In this document: piece after piece, positions 28,231-37,401 of the stretch
Layout: each line of letters begins with the position of its first letter
Position numbering within the stretch: the stretch's first letter is position 1
Source of the DNA: a virus
Reading direction: 5' to 3' (one strand)
DNA: 64,000 nt
Virus record (IMG/VR): IMGVR_UViG_3300042337_000526
Coordinates: 1-64,000 of that record
Translations under genes and position numbers: made by a program
The notes under the pieces: model-generated
What the model was told of the DNA's origin: nothing
Database searches by the model: none
The model's input: only the letters and a program-made list of their open reading frames with translations

Positions 28231-29556
28231 ATGATTCACGATTTTAATTATGTTTGGGGAATGGTTCGTGATCTTAGGGCGACCAGTAGCACTATTGATA
28301 AGGTGGGTATTATTGAGGATTATTGTGCTGGTGGACGATCTGATCCATCTGCTGCTAATTTTACTAAAAAGATTCTACTCTATACTTATCATCCCGCTTG
28401 GCAGTATTTTGTTACGAGTGATAATCTTAAAAAGAAAAGTTCTCTCAGGGGCAAATCTTACAAGAATTTCTTTGATCTTCTGAATGACCTAAAGAATCGT
28501 GTTATAACTGGTCACGATGCTATCGGAGCAATACATACTTTTATCGATTCTTGTTCTGATAAGTCGAACATAGAAGAACTAGTTTACTGCATTATCGACA
28601 AAGATTTAAAAACCCGTGCTGGGGATAAGATTATTAATAAGGCTATTCCCGATCATATTCCAGAGTTTAGTGTTGCTCTTGCTGATAAGTATGAGCCTAA
28701 ACTTGTAGACTGGAAAGACTCTTGGTTTGTCTCACGCAAACTAGACGGATTGAGATTGATTGCTGTTGTTGATGAGAATGGTAACTCCACTTTCTTTTCA
28801 CGAACAGGCAAAGTATTTGATACTCTAGATATTATTTCTGGTGGTATTAAGGCTTTGGGTATTACTAATGTTGTATTTGATGGTGAACTATGTTTGGTAG
28901 ATGATGATGGTAATGAAGATTTTCAGGGCATTATGAAAGAGATTAGAAAGAAAGACCATACTATTCCTAATCCATCATATAAGATGTTCGACATGATTAG
29001 CCATGACGAGTTTTATAGTAAGAAGGGAGAGAAGAATAAGACTTATAGCCACAGATACAATAATCTGAGAGAAGTTATGAAAGAAAATACTTGCGTTTGT
29101 CTTAGCGTATTAGGTCAAGAAAAAATTAAAGATGATGAACATTTTCAAGAATGGGTTAAAAAAGCAGCAGATTATGGCTGGGAAGGAATTATGCTACGAG
29201 CAGATGAGCCATATAAAGGTAAGCGTAGCAAAGATTTGCTAAAAGTTAAGAAATTTTTTGATGACGAATATGAAGTAGTTGATACTGAGATGGGGCCATT
29301 TCGTTATGTTAAAGATGGTGCAGAACATGAGGAGCCTATGCTTTCTTGCGTTATGATTCAGCATAAGGATCATACAGTTAGGGTTGGTAGTGGATTTAGT
29401 ATTGAACAGCGTCAAGAATTCTACAAAAATCCTAAAAAGATTTTGGGTAAACAAATAACTGTACAATATTTTGAAGAGACCAATAACCAAGATGGAGGTA
29501 TCTCTCTTAGATTCCCTACTTTCAAAATTCTGCATGGCAAACGCAGAGACACATAA
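28231..29556 (+). CDS. lig: ATP-dependent DNA ligase
   Basis: SRKLDGLR (motif I), FDGEL, MFDM, EGIMLR, LLKVK, C-terminal OB with SLRFP; ATG 28231 after AAGGAG. Confidence 0.95.
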   Translation: MIHDFNYVWGMVRDLRATSSTIDKVGIIEDYCAGGRSDPSAANFTKKILLYTYHPAWQYFVTSDNLKKKSSLRGKSYKNFFDLLNDLKNRVITGHDAIGAIHTFIDSCSDKSNIEELVYCIIDKDLKTRAGDKIINKAIPDHIPEFSVALADKYEPKLVDWKDSWFVSRKLDGLRLIAVVDENGNSTFFSRTGKVFDTLDIISGGIKALGITNVVFDGELCLVDDDGNEDFQGIMKEIRKKDHTIPNPSYKMFDMISHDEFYSKKGEKNKTYSHRYNNLREVMKENTCVCLSVLGQEKIKDDEHFQEWVKKAADYGWEGIMLRADEPYKGKRSKDLLKVKKFFDDEYEVVDTEMGPFRYVKDGAEHEEPMLSCVMIQHKDHTVRVGSGFSIEQRQEFYKNPKKILGKQITVQYFEETNNQDGGISLRFPTFKILHGKRRDT

Positions 29557-29573
29557 AATTTTAGGTAAAATGT

Positions 29574-31562
29574 ATGGTATTATCTATAGACAATTTTAAT
29601 ATCAACACACATTACGATGTTAAAGATAATCAGATATATAATAATCCAATATTTAAGATCAGTTATTGTATAACTTGTCACAACAGAACATGGCAGTTAA
29701 AACAAACTCTTGCTCATAATATTCTAGGTCTTAAAGACGATGAACAAATTGTTTTAGTTAATTATAGCAGTAACGATGGGCTAGACGAGTTTATAAAAAC
29801 TAATCATATACAAAATATTGTAAACAACAAATTAAAATACATATATGTTTGTGATCAAAATTATTATAATTGCTCAATTGCTAAAAATATTGCTCATTAT
29901 TTTGCAGATAGCGAATATGTAGTTAATTTAGACGGCGATAATTTTATAGATGAATTTAGAGCAACTATTGATTACACTATTGGTAACTTCAAAAATAACT
30001 TTATTCTTCATCTAGCCGTTTTGGAAAAAGATTTTCACGATTCCCATAAACAACTAAAAGGATACGAAGGAAGTTTTGGTAGAATTTGCTGTCATAAAGA
30101 AGATTTTATTTCTCTTGGAGGTTATAATGAAAGTTTTTTGCCAATAGCGTATCAAGATTCAGACTTGCTATTACGAGCAATAGCAAAAAAAATGAACTAT
30201 ATTAATATACCTATTAAAACCAAGTGTTTGAAAAATAATAAGAGCATAACCTATAAAACTAAAAACAACCATCAATATTCATGGATCGATTGTAAAAAAA
30301 TTAACCAATTAATTTCAAATTATAATATCTCTAATAATAAACTAATAGCACCAAACATTATAAAAAATTTTAAGTGCTACTTTAATTTGCATAGTACGCC
30401 CGAAAGAATTACTTATAATAATACCAAGGATATAGTATCTGACTGGCAAATAATAGAGCAAACAGAACATACAGAACCATTAGAAATGCAAAATATTATA
30501 GAATTTTATAAATACAATGTATTAGACCAAGAATTTGATAGTAAATTTTATCAGACAAATTATCCTGAAACGATCAACTACTATCAGCCATTTTGTTTAC
30601 AAAATAACGTACCTGAACAACAAAGATTATTTCATCATTATGTCTTATATGGTAAAAAATCTGGCTATCTCAAAAATTTAAAAGACTTTATTCAACAAAA
30701 TCTTTCTGTATTAGATATGACCAAAATAGATACTGGGGATGTGGATCAAATTTATCCAGTATCCCCCGGTTATGTTGAGCAATATATGATACAAACACAA
30801 AATGGTAAGGACATTGCTGCTAAAAGTAAAATAGGCATAGTTTCCTTGGCGAGAAATTGTTCTAAAAATATTATTAAGTCTATAAAAAATATACAAAAAA
30901 TAATATGTAAAGATTGGAGAATGATAATTTATGAGAATGATTCTATAGATAATACAAAAAATCTTTTACAAAGCGTTGAGGATAATAGAATACATACTAT
31001 TAGTATAGACGATAATAGCTCCTATTTAATAGACAGATCGCAAACTAGAACAAACAATTTGGCAAGATATAGGAATTTCTGCATAGACTGGATTGATAAA
31101 AACTATTCAGATTGTGATTATGTTATTGTTTTAGATTTGGATGCTGATCTTGGTTTTTCTATAGAAGGAATTTATAATAGTATTAGTTGGTTAAGTTCAC
31201 TAGACGATGCTGGTGGCATAGGATCGTACTCGCCTCTTTTGTCTATAGAAAATAGTAAAATTGTATTTGTTCACTATGATTCGTTTGCTGTTAGAATGAA
31301 TGATTGGGAACCCATAGTCAATAACAAAGATATTCATAATCCTTGGTTTAAACACTGGCATCCTGTGGTTGGATCAAATCCTGTGCCTATTTATTCTTGT
31401 TTTGGGGGTTTGGCTGTTTATAAAACAAAAGCATTTCTTAAAGGAAGATACGACGGTAATTTAGGATCAGAACATATTGCATTTCATAAAAGCCTCAGAG
31501 ATGAAGGATATAATATGTACTTAAATCCTAGTAGCCGATTTTTTCTATATACAAATCAATGA
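29574..31562 (+). CDS. multidomain glycosyltransferase (GT2/GT7C-like N-terminus + CAP59-like mannosyltransferase C-terminus)
   Basis: NLDGDN, GGYNESF..YQDSDL; central FD..FY...YP...HY..YG module; LARNC, YENDS, LARYRN, VYSCFGGLAVY, SEH. Confidence 0.75.
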   Translation: MVLSIDNFNINTHYDVKDNQIYNNPIFKISYCITCHNRTWQLKQTLAHNILGLKDDEQIVLVNYSSNDGLDEFIKTNHIQNIVNNKLKYIYVCDQNYYNCSIAKNIAHYFADSEYVVNLDGDNFIDEFRATIDYTIGNFKNNFILHLAVLEKDFHDSHKQLKGYEGSFGRICCHKEDFISLGGYNESFLPIAYQDSDLLLRAIAKKMNYINIPIKTKCLKNNKSITYKTKNNHQYSWIDCKKINQLISNYNISNNKLIAPNIIKNFKCYFNLHSTPERITYNNTKDIVSDWQIIEQTEHTEPLEMQNIIEFYKYNVLDQEFDSKFYQTNYPETINYYQPFCLQNNVPEQQRLFHHYVLYGKKSGYLKNLKDFIQQNLSVLDMTKIDTGDVDQIYPVSPGYVEQYMIQTQNGKDIAAKSKIGIVSLARNCSKNIIKSIKNIQKIICKDWRMIIYENDSIDNTKNLLQSVEDNRIHTISIDDNSSYLIDRSQTRTNNLARYRNFCIDWIDKNYSDCDYVIVLDLDADLGFSIEGIYNSISWLSSLDDAGGIGSYSPLLSIENSKIVFVHYDSFAVRMNDWEPIVNNKDIHNPWFKHWHPVVGSNPVPIYSCFGGLAVYKTKAFLKGRYDGNLGSEHIAFHKSLRDEGYNMYLNPSSRFFLYTNQ

Positions 31563-32296
31563 TAAAAAAATATTTTGTAATATACGGAGAAAGAAACAGT
31601 GGAACTAATTATTTAGAAACCGTTCTGACTGGAAAATCTTATCATTTATCATATACGTCTTCTTGTTTTGAAACTATTGTAATTAATTCATCAATTGCAG
31701 AAATTTATAATGATAAATATGGACACAAACATTTTTTTGGATTTTATGATAAAATAATTAAGAACACAAGCAGTAATATTGTATTCGTTGGAATAGTTAG
31801 AAATCCTTATGATTGGATTATGGCTTTAAATAAATCCAAACACCATATTCCTCCAGACAATCAAAATATTGAAAGTTTTGTAAAAAATGAGTGGTATTCT
31901 ATACAACACAACACAAAACACGTTGACTATGGTAGAGAATTCATGGATGACAGAGATTTTACAACTGGGCATCTTCTTGATAACTTATATGGTTATTCTA
32001 ATCTACCAAAACGTTACAAAAATATATTTGATATGAGAAGTAAAAAACTTAGATATTTATTATATACAATGCCAACACTAGTAACTAATTATGAACTAAT
32101 CAAGTATGAAGATTTTATAATGGATCCTACGAGTATACTTACTGAATGGTCTAAAAAATATAATCTTGAATTAAATTCAACATTCATGCCACCAATTAAA
32201 AAAGAAGCCTATCCAATACCAGAAGAAATTAAAAAAAGTATCAATGAGGGAGTAGACTGGGAAATAGACAATAAATTAGGATACTATATTAAGTAG
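31559..32296 (+). CDS. sulfotransferase-like protein
   Basis: GERNSGTNYL (5'-PSB loop-like), KH, VRNPYDW, YEDF. Confidence 0.65.
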   Translation: MIKKYFVIYGERNSGTNYLETVLTGKSYHLSYTSSCFETIVINSSIAEIYNDKYGHKHFFGFYDKIIKNTSSNIVFVGIVRNPYDWIMALNKSKHHIPPDNQNIESFVKNEWYSIQHNTKHVDYGREFMDDRDFTTGHLLDNLYGYSNLPKRYKNIFDMRSKKLRYLLYTMPTLVTNYELIKYEDFIMDPTSILTEWSKKYNLELNSTFMPPIKKEAYPIPEEIKKSINEGVDWEIDNKLGYYIK

Positions 32297-32308
32297 GCGA
32301 GAACCTTT

Positions 32309-32506
32309 ATGAGTGACGAAACTACAAATTACCAATTCTATACTGACGGATATACTGATGGCTACGCAAATAAAGAATATAATCCATATCGTCTATTAAC
32401 AAAGGTAACACAAGAAAACGATATAGATATTATGATAAAAGAATATGCTAAAGGATATGAAACTGGTAAATTTAATGCTGAAATAGATGAAAAAAATTAT
32501 GAATAA
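32309..32506 (+). CDS. hypothetical protein
   Basis: ORF track; GY.DG repeats. Confidence 0.65.
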   Translation: MSDETTNYQFYTDGYTDGYANKEYNPYRLLTKVTQENDIDIMIKEYAKGYETGKFNAEIDEKNYE

Positions 32507-33182
32507 ACAAGAAAAAAAACAACTCGTTGATTCATATCGCCATTGGTGGCACTCTATAGATTTTGGTGATGGTATAATTTCTCAAGGAGAAAAAAGCACC
32601 ATTGTTCACGAAAGAGAAAAAACTCAATGGTTTCCAAGTGATTTTTTTAAAGACAAAAGAGTTTTAGACGTAGGAACATGGGATGGATATTATGCGTTTT
32701 ACGCAGAACAGGCTGGGGCATCAGAGGTTATAGCGGTGGATAAATTTGTATGGGAAGGAACTAGGGGCAGATGTAAACTAGGATTTGATATTGCTAAACA
32801 AATTTTGAACTCTAAAGTTAAAGAACATGTCTTATATATTGAAGATATGACGCCTGAAATATTAGGAACATTTGATTCTATCATATTTACTGGAGTTTTT
32901 TATCATCTTCAAAATCCTTATTGTGCATTAGAAATATTGGATAAGCTATTAAATAATAATGGAAGAATAATTATAGAAACTACAATGCGAAATTTAGAAA
33001 TTGATAAACCATTGATGGAATTTCATCCAAAAAAAACATTAAATAATGATCCAACTAATTTTTGGTCACCTAATACATTATGTTTAAGATTAATGTTTGA
33101 AGAAATTGGTAATTATGTTGTTGAGAAAATACACGAAGGAAAGCGTGGCATTATGATAGTAAAAAAGGGGATCACGATTTAA
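32487..33182 (+). CDS. class I SAM methyltransferase (CmoB/DUF1698-like)
   Basis: WWHSIDFGDG, VLDVGTWDG, GVFYHL.NP, NFW.PN. Confidence 0.85.
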   Translation: MKKIMNKQEKKQLVDSYRHWWHSIDFGDGIISQGEKSTIVHEREKTQWFPSDFFKDKRVLDVGTWDGYYAFYAEQAGASEVIAVDKFVWEGTRGRCKLGFDIAKQILNSKVKEHVLYIEDMTPEILGTFDSIIFTGVFYHLQNPYCALEILDKLLNNNGRIIIETTMRNLEIDKPLMEFHPKKTLNNDPTNFWSPNTLCLRLMFEEIGNYVVEKIHEGKRGIMIVKKGITI

Positions 33183-33214
33183 AAATCCCATCTATCAGAT
33201 TCAAGTAGTGGCTC

Positions 33215-33243
33215 TTGACAAACCGATACCTGTAGTGTAGAAT
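33215..33243 (+). promoter_or_regulatory. sigma70-type early promoter with CCGAT spacer motif
   Basis: TTGACA-AACCGATACCTGTAGTG-TAGAAT. Confidence 0.8.
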
Positions 33244-33278
33244 CGTAGCATCGTGCTATTAAACTTTTGGAGAAAGCC

Positions 33279-33980
33279 ATGATTGTTGAGAACTCTGTTA
33301 TTCCTGTTCAGAATAATACTTTGGATAAGACTAAGGCCGATATTTTCTTTGAGAATTTCCCTAAAGATAAGGTTGTTTCATACAAGGAATACTGGGAGAG
33401 TGTTCGTCCTCAGAATGCGGAGGATATTTTTCGTCGCTATCTCTTTGCCTATTGCTCTGTTCATACCACTTGGAAGGGTAATTGCTCAGGATATAATGCT
33501 ATCAAGAATTTTAACGAGTGGATTGACAATAAAGAGACTCTGCTAAATAAACTCCACAAGAGCGGCGTTGGACTTCACAATAATCGCACCAACTATATTT
33601 GGGATTTTAGTGAGAAGTTTTGGGCTAATCCTAAAGACTTTTACTTTACATCTAAGAAGGGTCATGTTAAGAAGCGTGACAGTATTCTGAATAAGATTAG
33701 TGGGATTGGTCTTGCTAAGATTAGTTTTGCTCTTGAAATGATTCATCCTAATGAGGCTAGGGTATTGTGTTTGGATGTTCATATGCTTCGTCTGTATGAT
33801 ATGGAACATTTGAAGTATAATAAGAGTAAAAATGGATCAACTACCTATAAAAAGGCTGAACGCCATTGGATGGTGAATTGTGGAAAAAATAAAATCCCAT
33901 CTTATATTGCCAGATGTGCTTATTGGGATAAGTTGCAGGGTAAAGAAGATTCTCGTTATTGGTCATTTTGTCTTGAATAA
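33279..33980 (+). CDS. HhH-GPD DNA glycosylase (Ogg-like)
   Basis: ISGIGLAKISFAL helix-hairpin-helix followed by LCLDVHMLR; ATG 33279 after GGAGA. Confidence 0.7.
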   Translation: MIVENSVIPVQNNTLDKTKADIFFENFPKDKVVSYKEYWESVRPQNAEDIFRRYLFAYCSVHTTWKGNCSGYNAIKNFNEWIDNKETLLNKLHKSGVGLHNNRTNYIWDFSEKFWANPKDFYFTSKKGHVKKRDSILNKISGIGLAKISFALEMIHPNEARVLCLDVHMLRLYDMEHLKYNKSKNGSTTYKKAERHWMVNCGKNKIPSYIARCAYWDKLQGKEDSRYWSFCLE

Positions 33981-34625
33981 ATTATATGGAGAAAGACTCC
34001 AACCTTCTGTGGATTTGTATTTTCCGCTGATTAGACAACAAATACTACTATGTCTCATATTATATTTTTGTCTTAAATCATATGCTCTACCAACAAAAAT
34101 AGTTCCATTTTTATGATAGAATGTATGTATAGTAGGATTAATTAAATGAGTCTGTTCAGGTCTTTCTTTTATTTCATTTCGAATATCTACTAATAAGTAT
34201 TGAATTAATAACAAACCAAAACCATATTTTTGTTTAGCATATTTGAAAGTAGCAGCAGTATTATTATTGAGCCAATAATTTTTTATATCTTGTTTTTGTT
34301 TTTTAGTTACATTTTTTGGTTCTTGTCCACCAGCATGATATGTAGAATTGTAGTATTGTTTTCGATTCAGTTTCGCCTTATCCAAAAATGATTGCTCAAG
34401 ACTAATTAAATTATCCTTTGTACATTTTGCTTCAATATGGAATACAAAATTATTTTTGCCATATTTATTCCACGCTCTTTGAAGATAAATACAGTGATGA
34501 ATTCCTTTATTTAAATTTTGCTCGTGATGTCTCCATCTGCGAATTATATCACAACTAGAGCCGATATAACTTTTTCCATTAATTTTATTTGATATTGAAT
34601 ATATTCCATGAATCTTATTATTCAT
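33963..34625 (-). CDS. GIY-YIG homing endonuclease
   Basis: GIYSISNKINGKSYIGSS..IIRRW..H...E..YYN; C-terminal HTH-like module. Confidence 0.9.
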   Translation of the reverse strand: MNNKIHGIYSISNKINGKSYIGSSCDIIRRWRHHEQNLNKGIHHCIYLQRAWNKYGKNNFVFHIEAKCTKDNLISLEQSFLDKAKLNRKQYYNSTYHAGGQEPKNVTKKQKQDIKNYWLNNNTAATFKYAKQKYGFGLLLIQYLLVDIRNEIKERPEQTHLINPTIHTFYHKNGTIFVGRAYDLRQKYNMRHSSICCLISGKYKSTEGWSLSPYNLFKTK

Positions 34626-34684
34626 ATTGACTCCTTGCTAATCGTCTTTGAACATACTATAATAGGTAGTACACCAAAAGACTA

Positions 34685-35248
34685 TTGGAGTTTTGTTCTA
34701 GAATGATAAATTATAAGTCTGTAAGATTTTTTCCTAGTTGGCAAACAGAAAACTCTACCCAAGTAGTTGGTCTTCTCAATATGTTAAACTATATTGTATC
34801 TATTAATCCTAATATAGAACATTATGTAGAAATAGGCTGCTATATTGGAGAATCCACAGCCTTGGTTTTGGGATTTCCTCAGATAAAAAATCTGCATTGT
34901 GTAGATGTATGGCCAGATTTAAATGTTAAAAATCTTTTTGATACTAGAATATCTACATCGGGTAAAAATCATGTTAAAATTCACCACACTTCTTCTAAAA
35001 AATTTGCAGAAACAGTCAACTACGAAATTGACGTTGTTTATATCGATGGAGATCATTCGTATAATTCTGTAAAACAAGACATATCTGTATGGTATCCAAA
35101 AATTAAAAAGGGTGGGTTTTTATGCGGTCATGATTATAATCAGGAATCTTGGCCCGACTGCAAAAGAGCAATAGACGAATTTATAAATAGCAATAATTTT
35201 CATTTACAAACTTTCTGTGATTGTAGTTGGTTAATTCAAAAGGTTTAA
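34685..35248 (+). CDS. class I SAM methyltransferase (Methyltransf_24-like)
   Basis: VEIGCYIGEST, YIDGDHSY, LCGHDY; paralog of 27627 ORF; start uncertain. Confidence 0.85.
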   Translation: MEFCSRMINYKSVRFFPSWQTENSTQVVGLLNMLNYIVSINPNIEHYVEIGCYIGESTALVLGFPQIKNLHCVDVWPDLNVKNLFDTRISTSGKNHVKIHHTSSKKFAETVNYEIDVVYIDGDHSYNSVKQDISVWYPKIKKGGFLCGHDYNQESWPDCKRAIDEFINSNNFHLQTFCDCSWLIQKV

Positions 35249-35254
35249 GATATT

Positions 35255-35383
35255 ATGAGCGAGAATGGTAAAGGTTCTAAAAAAAGACCGCGATCAGTAA
35301 GTCAAGAAACATGGGACAAAAACTATGAAAGAATCTTCAGAAAAAGCAAAAATACTAAACATGGTAAAGTTCGAAAAAAATAA
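35255..35383 (+). CDS. small basic phage protein (42 aa)
   Basis: hand-translated MSENGKGSKKRPRSVSQETWDKNYERIF...; GKGS.PR..S...YE.IF pattern common in phage small proteins. Confidence 0.6.
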   Translation: MSENGKGSKKRPRSVSQETWDKNYERIFRKSKNTKHGKVRKK

Positions 35384-35627
35384 AACCACATTCATATTGT
35401 GTGATTGTAGGAGTGAGGTTCTGGTATTAGAACACGATATTGAATATGAAATAACAGAACTGTCAATATATGAGAATATGTCATCTTATGGTCATAAAAT
35501 GTCATTTTGGCAGAAATTAAGGTATATTTATCAGGTTTTAATTCATAATCGCCCATACTCTGATCAAATTATTCTTAATAAAGACCAACTAAAAGATTTA
35601 GGTATGTTTATTAATGGGTGTATATAA
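35325..35627 (+). CDS. hypothetical protein
   Basis: ORF track; CDC..E motif. Confidence 0.65.
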   Translation: MKESSEKAKILNMVKFEKNKTTFILCDCRSEVLVLEHDIEYEITELSIYENMSSYGHKMSFWQKLRYIYQVLIHNRPYSDQIILNKDQLKDLGMFINGCI

Positions 35628-35659
35628 TACTGTCTCTTAATACTATCAAGGAGGCTACT

Positions 35660-35845
35660 ATGATAATGAAAAATTATGTTGCTGATGAACTAGCAAATAA
35701 AGTATATCATCTAACTAAGGCTCTTAATCAGGCAGAGTCGATTATTAAAACTCTTGAAGTAGAGAATGATAATCTTAAAGAAACATTATCATTAATATAT
35801 GATAGAGAAAATTCAGTAAACAACGACTTTTTAGTAGAGGTATAA
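35660..35845 (+). CDS. coiled-coil hypothetical protein
   Basis: ATG 35660 after AAGGAGG; in frame with track ORF. Confidence 0.7.
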   Translation: MIMKNYVADELANKVYHLTKALNQAESIIKTLEVENDNLKETLSLIYDRENSVNNDFLVEV

Positions 35846-35846
35846 T

Positions 35847-36032
35847 ATGGGTCGCCTAGCCAAAAATAGTCACGACAAAATGATATTCGGAGTTTGTGGA
35901 GGATTAGCCAAGGCCACGGGCATAGATTCATCACTAATAAGATTAGGATTTGTATTTGGAGCAATTTTTACAGGAAGTATTTTATTTTGGATTTATCTTC
36001 TACTTGGAATAGTTCTACCTATTGACGAATAA
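35847..36032 (+). CDS. PspC domain protein
   Basis: RLAKNSHDKMIFGVCGGLA...IRL...YLLLGIVLP PspC signature. Confidence 0.88.
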   Translation: MGRLAKNSHDKMIFGVCGGLAKATGIDSSLIRLGFVFGAIFTGSILFWIYLLLGIVLPIDE

Positions 36033-36595
36033 TGATTTATTTTATCTCCGATACCCACTTTGGACACAAGAATATTGTGGGTTATTGCAAAAGACCATTT
36101 ACTGATACTCACGAAATGAATAAGACCATTATTGATAATATCAATAGTGTTGTTAAGCCAAAGGATACTCTTTATTTTCTTGGAGATTTTTGTCATAGGG
36201 GTGGTGATCCTAAGAAATATAGAAAACAAATAAATTGTGAAGATATTCATGTGATTCTTGGCAACCATGACAATGAGGATAAATTTAGTGAAAAAGATTT
36301 TTCTTCTATAGCACTAATGAAAGAAATAACCTACTGTAATCAAAAGATAATTCTGTTTCACTATCCTATGAGAGCATGGAACAAAAGTTATCGTAAAAGT
36401 TGGATGCTTTATGGTCATGTTCACGGCAGACTTCACAATGAGGATGAATCACTAGGACGCTTTACGCTTGATGTGGGCGTGGATAATAAAAGGGAAGGTG
36501 TTGGGTTTGGCACTCCGTATAGTTTTAAAGAGATTCAGAAACTATTTGGCGACAGAGAGAAAAAATTCAAGGTCGCCCAGTTGACAAGCCGATAA
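36032..36595 (+). CDS. metallophosphoesterase (phage AQ1575-like)
   Basis: FISDTHFGH, LGDF, LGNHD, FHYP, YGHVHG, DVGVD. Confidence 0.88.
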   Translation: MIYFISDTHFGHKNIVGYCKRPFTDTHEMNKTIIDNINSVVKPKDTLYFLGDFCHRGGDPKKYRKQINCEDIHVILGNHDNEDKFSEKDFSSIALMKEITYCNQKIILFHYPMRAWNKSYRKSWMLYGHVHGRLHNEDESLGRFTLDVGVDNKREGVGFGTPYSFKEIQKLFGDREKKFKVAQLTSR

Positions 36596-36608
36596 TGGAT
36601 GTTAGAAT
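36581..36608 (+). promoter_or_regulatory. sigma70-type early promoter with CCGAT spacer motif
   Basis: TTGACA-AGCCGATAATGGATGT-TAGAAT. Confidence 0.85.
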
Positions 36609-36683
36609 GAAGGAGTCAAGCGAGAGTATCAGTCATGCGACTGACTCGCAAGACAAGACTTGGAAATGATTTGGAGGTTGATT

Positions 36684-36965
36684 ATGGCTGAAGTTACTAC
36701 GGTTGATAAGCAGAGTCGTGTTCGTTGCAGTGACGAGCAGTTCCTTGAGGCGGTTTTCTCCAGCAAGACTTATGCTGAGATTGCCGTTAAGACTGGTCAG
36801 AAGGTTGCTAGTACGATGGCTCGTTATGCTCGTACAAAGTCCGCTCTGACCAAGAAGGGTATTGAACTGCCCGCTATGGAACGTGCGAAGCCAACCAAGA
36901 CGGTTGACAACGTAGAGGCTATGGCAGAGGTTGTTCGTCGCCTCAAGGCTCATGCGAACGGTTGA
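36684..36965 (+). CDS. HTH DNA-binding protein (sigma region-4-like)
   Basis: KTYAEIAVKTGQKVASTMARYAR resembles S..EIA...G.S..TV..R; ATG 36684 after GGAGG. Confidence 0.55.
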   Translation: MAEVTTVDKQSRVRCSDEQFLEAVFSSKTYAEIAVKTGQKVASTMARYARTKSALTKKGIELPAMERAKPTKTVDNVEAMAEVVRRLKAHANG

Positions 36966-36976
36966 TTAAAACCAAA

Positions 36977-37058
36977 AGGTGATCGGCTACAACGGTTTAA
37001 ATGCTTGAGGCACACAAGTTTTCAACCTCAAATCATTGATTGTTGTAGTCGGTCACTT
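36977..37058 (+). ncRNA. long imperfect hairpin (candidate small RNA or tRNA leader)
   Basis: GTGATCGGCTACAAC pairs with GTTGTAGTCGGTCAC (15 bp, two G.U); inner TTGAGG/CCTCAA. Confidence 0.45.
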
Positions 37059-37062
37059 ATAT

Positions 37063-37137
37063 GGGAGCGTAGTCCAATTGGCAGCAGACAAAGGACTTAA
37101 AATCCTTCCAGTGTGGGTTCGACTCCCACCGCTCCTA
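37063..37137 (+). tRNA. tRNA-Leu(UAA), short variable loop
   Basis: acceptor GGGAGCG/CGCTCCT+A73; anticodon stem AAGGA-CTTAAAA-TCCTT (TAA 37098-37100); T-arm GTGGG-TTCGACT-CCCAC. Confidence 0.88.
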
Positions 37138-37170
37138 TTTGTAGAATGATAATTATCGAAAGGAAAACCA

Positions 37171-37401
37171 ATGAGCAAAAATGTTCTAGAACTATATAAG
37201 ATTGGTAGTAAGGTTAAGTTGACAGGAGAAGGCACTGAATCTATTTATGGAAGTATTATTGGTATTAATATAACTGGAGATAATACAGTTACCTATTCTT
37301 GTGGCTGGTGGAATGGTCGCTCATACGATGTTCATGATTTTTCACCAAACCAGATCGAAGTTGTATTAGCAGAAAAGTTTAAGATAGGATTCTCCACATG
37401 A
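37171..37401 (+). CDS. hypothetical protein (SH3/KOW-like)
   Basis: YKIGSKVKL...G.IIGI...Y..GWWNG beta-barrel pattern. Confidence 0.65.
   Translation: MSKNVLELYKIGSKVKLTGEGTESIYGSIIGINITGDNTVTYSCGWWNGRSYDVHDFSPNQIEVVLAEKFKIGFST

Noticed and set aside
1033-28231. Track starts at TTG 1033, 16744 and 28174
   Set aside because: These TTG codons are the -35 boxes of promoters; downstream ATGs fit better (with a clear SD at 16792 and 28231)
23118-33182. Eukaryotic giant virus origin suggested by PLOD/CAP59-like genes
   Set aside because: sigma70 promoters, Shine-Dalgarno coupling, tmRNA, PspC and rIIA/rIIB indicate a bacteriophage
4314-33546. Short alternative-frame + ORFs nested in real genes (4314, 4618, 5403, 13009, 28250, 33283)
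   Set aside because: Fully overlapped by better-supported genes; no SD or motifs
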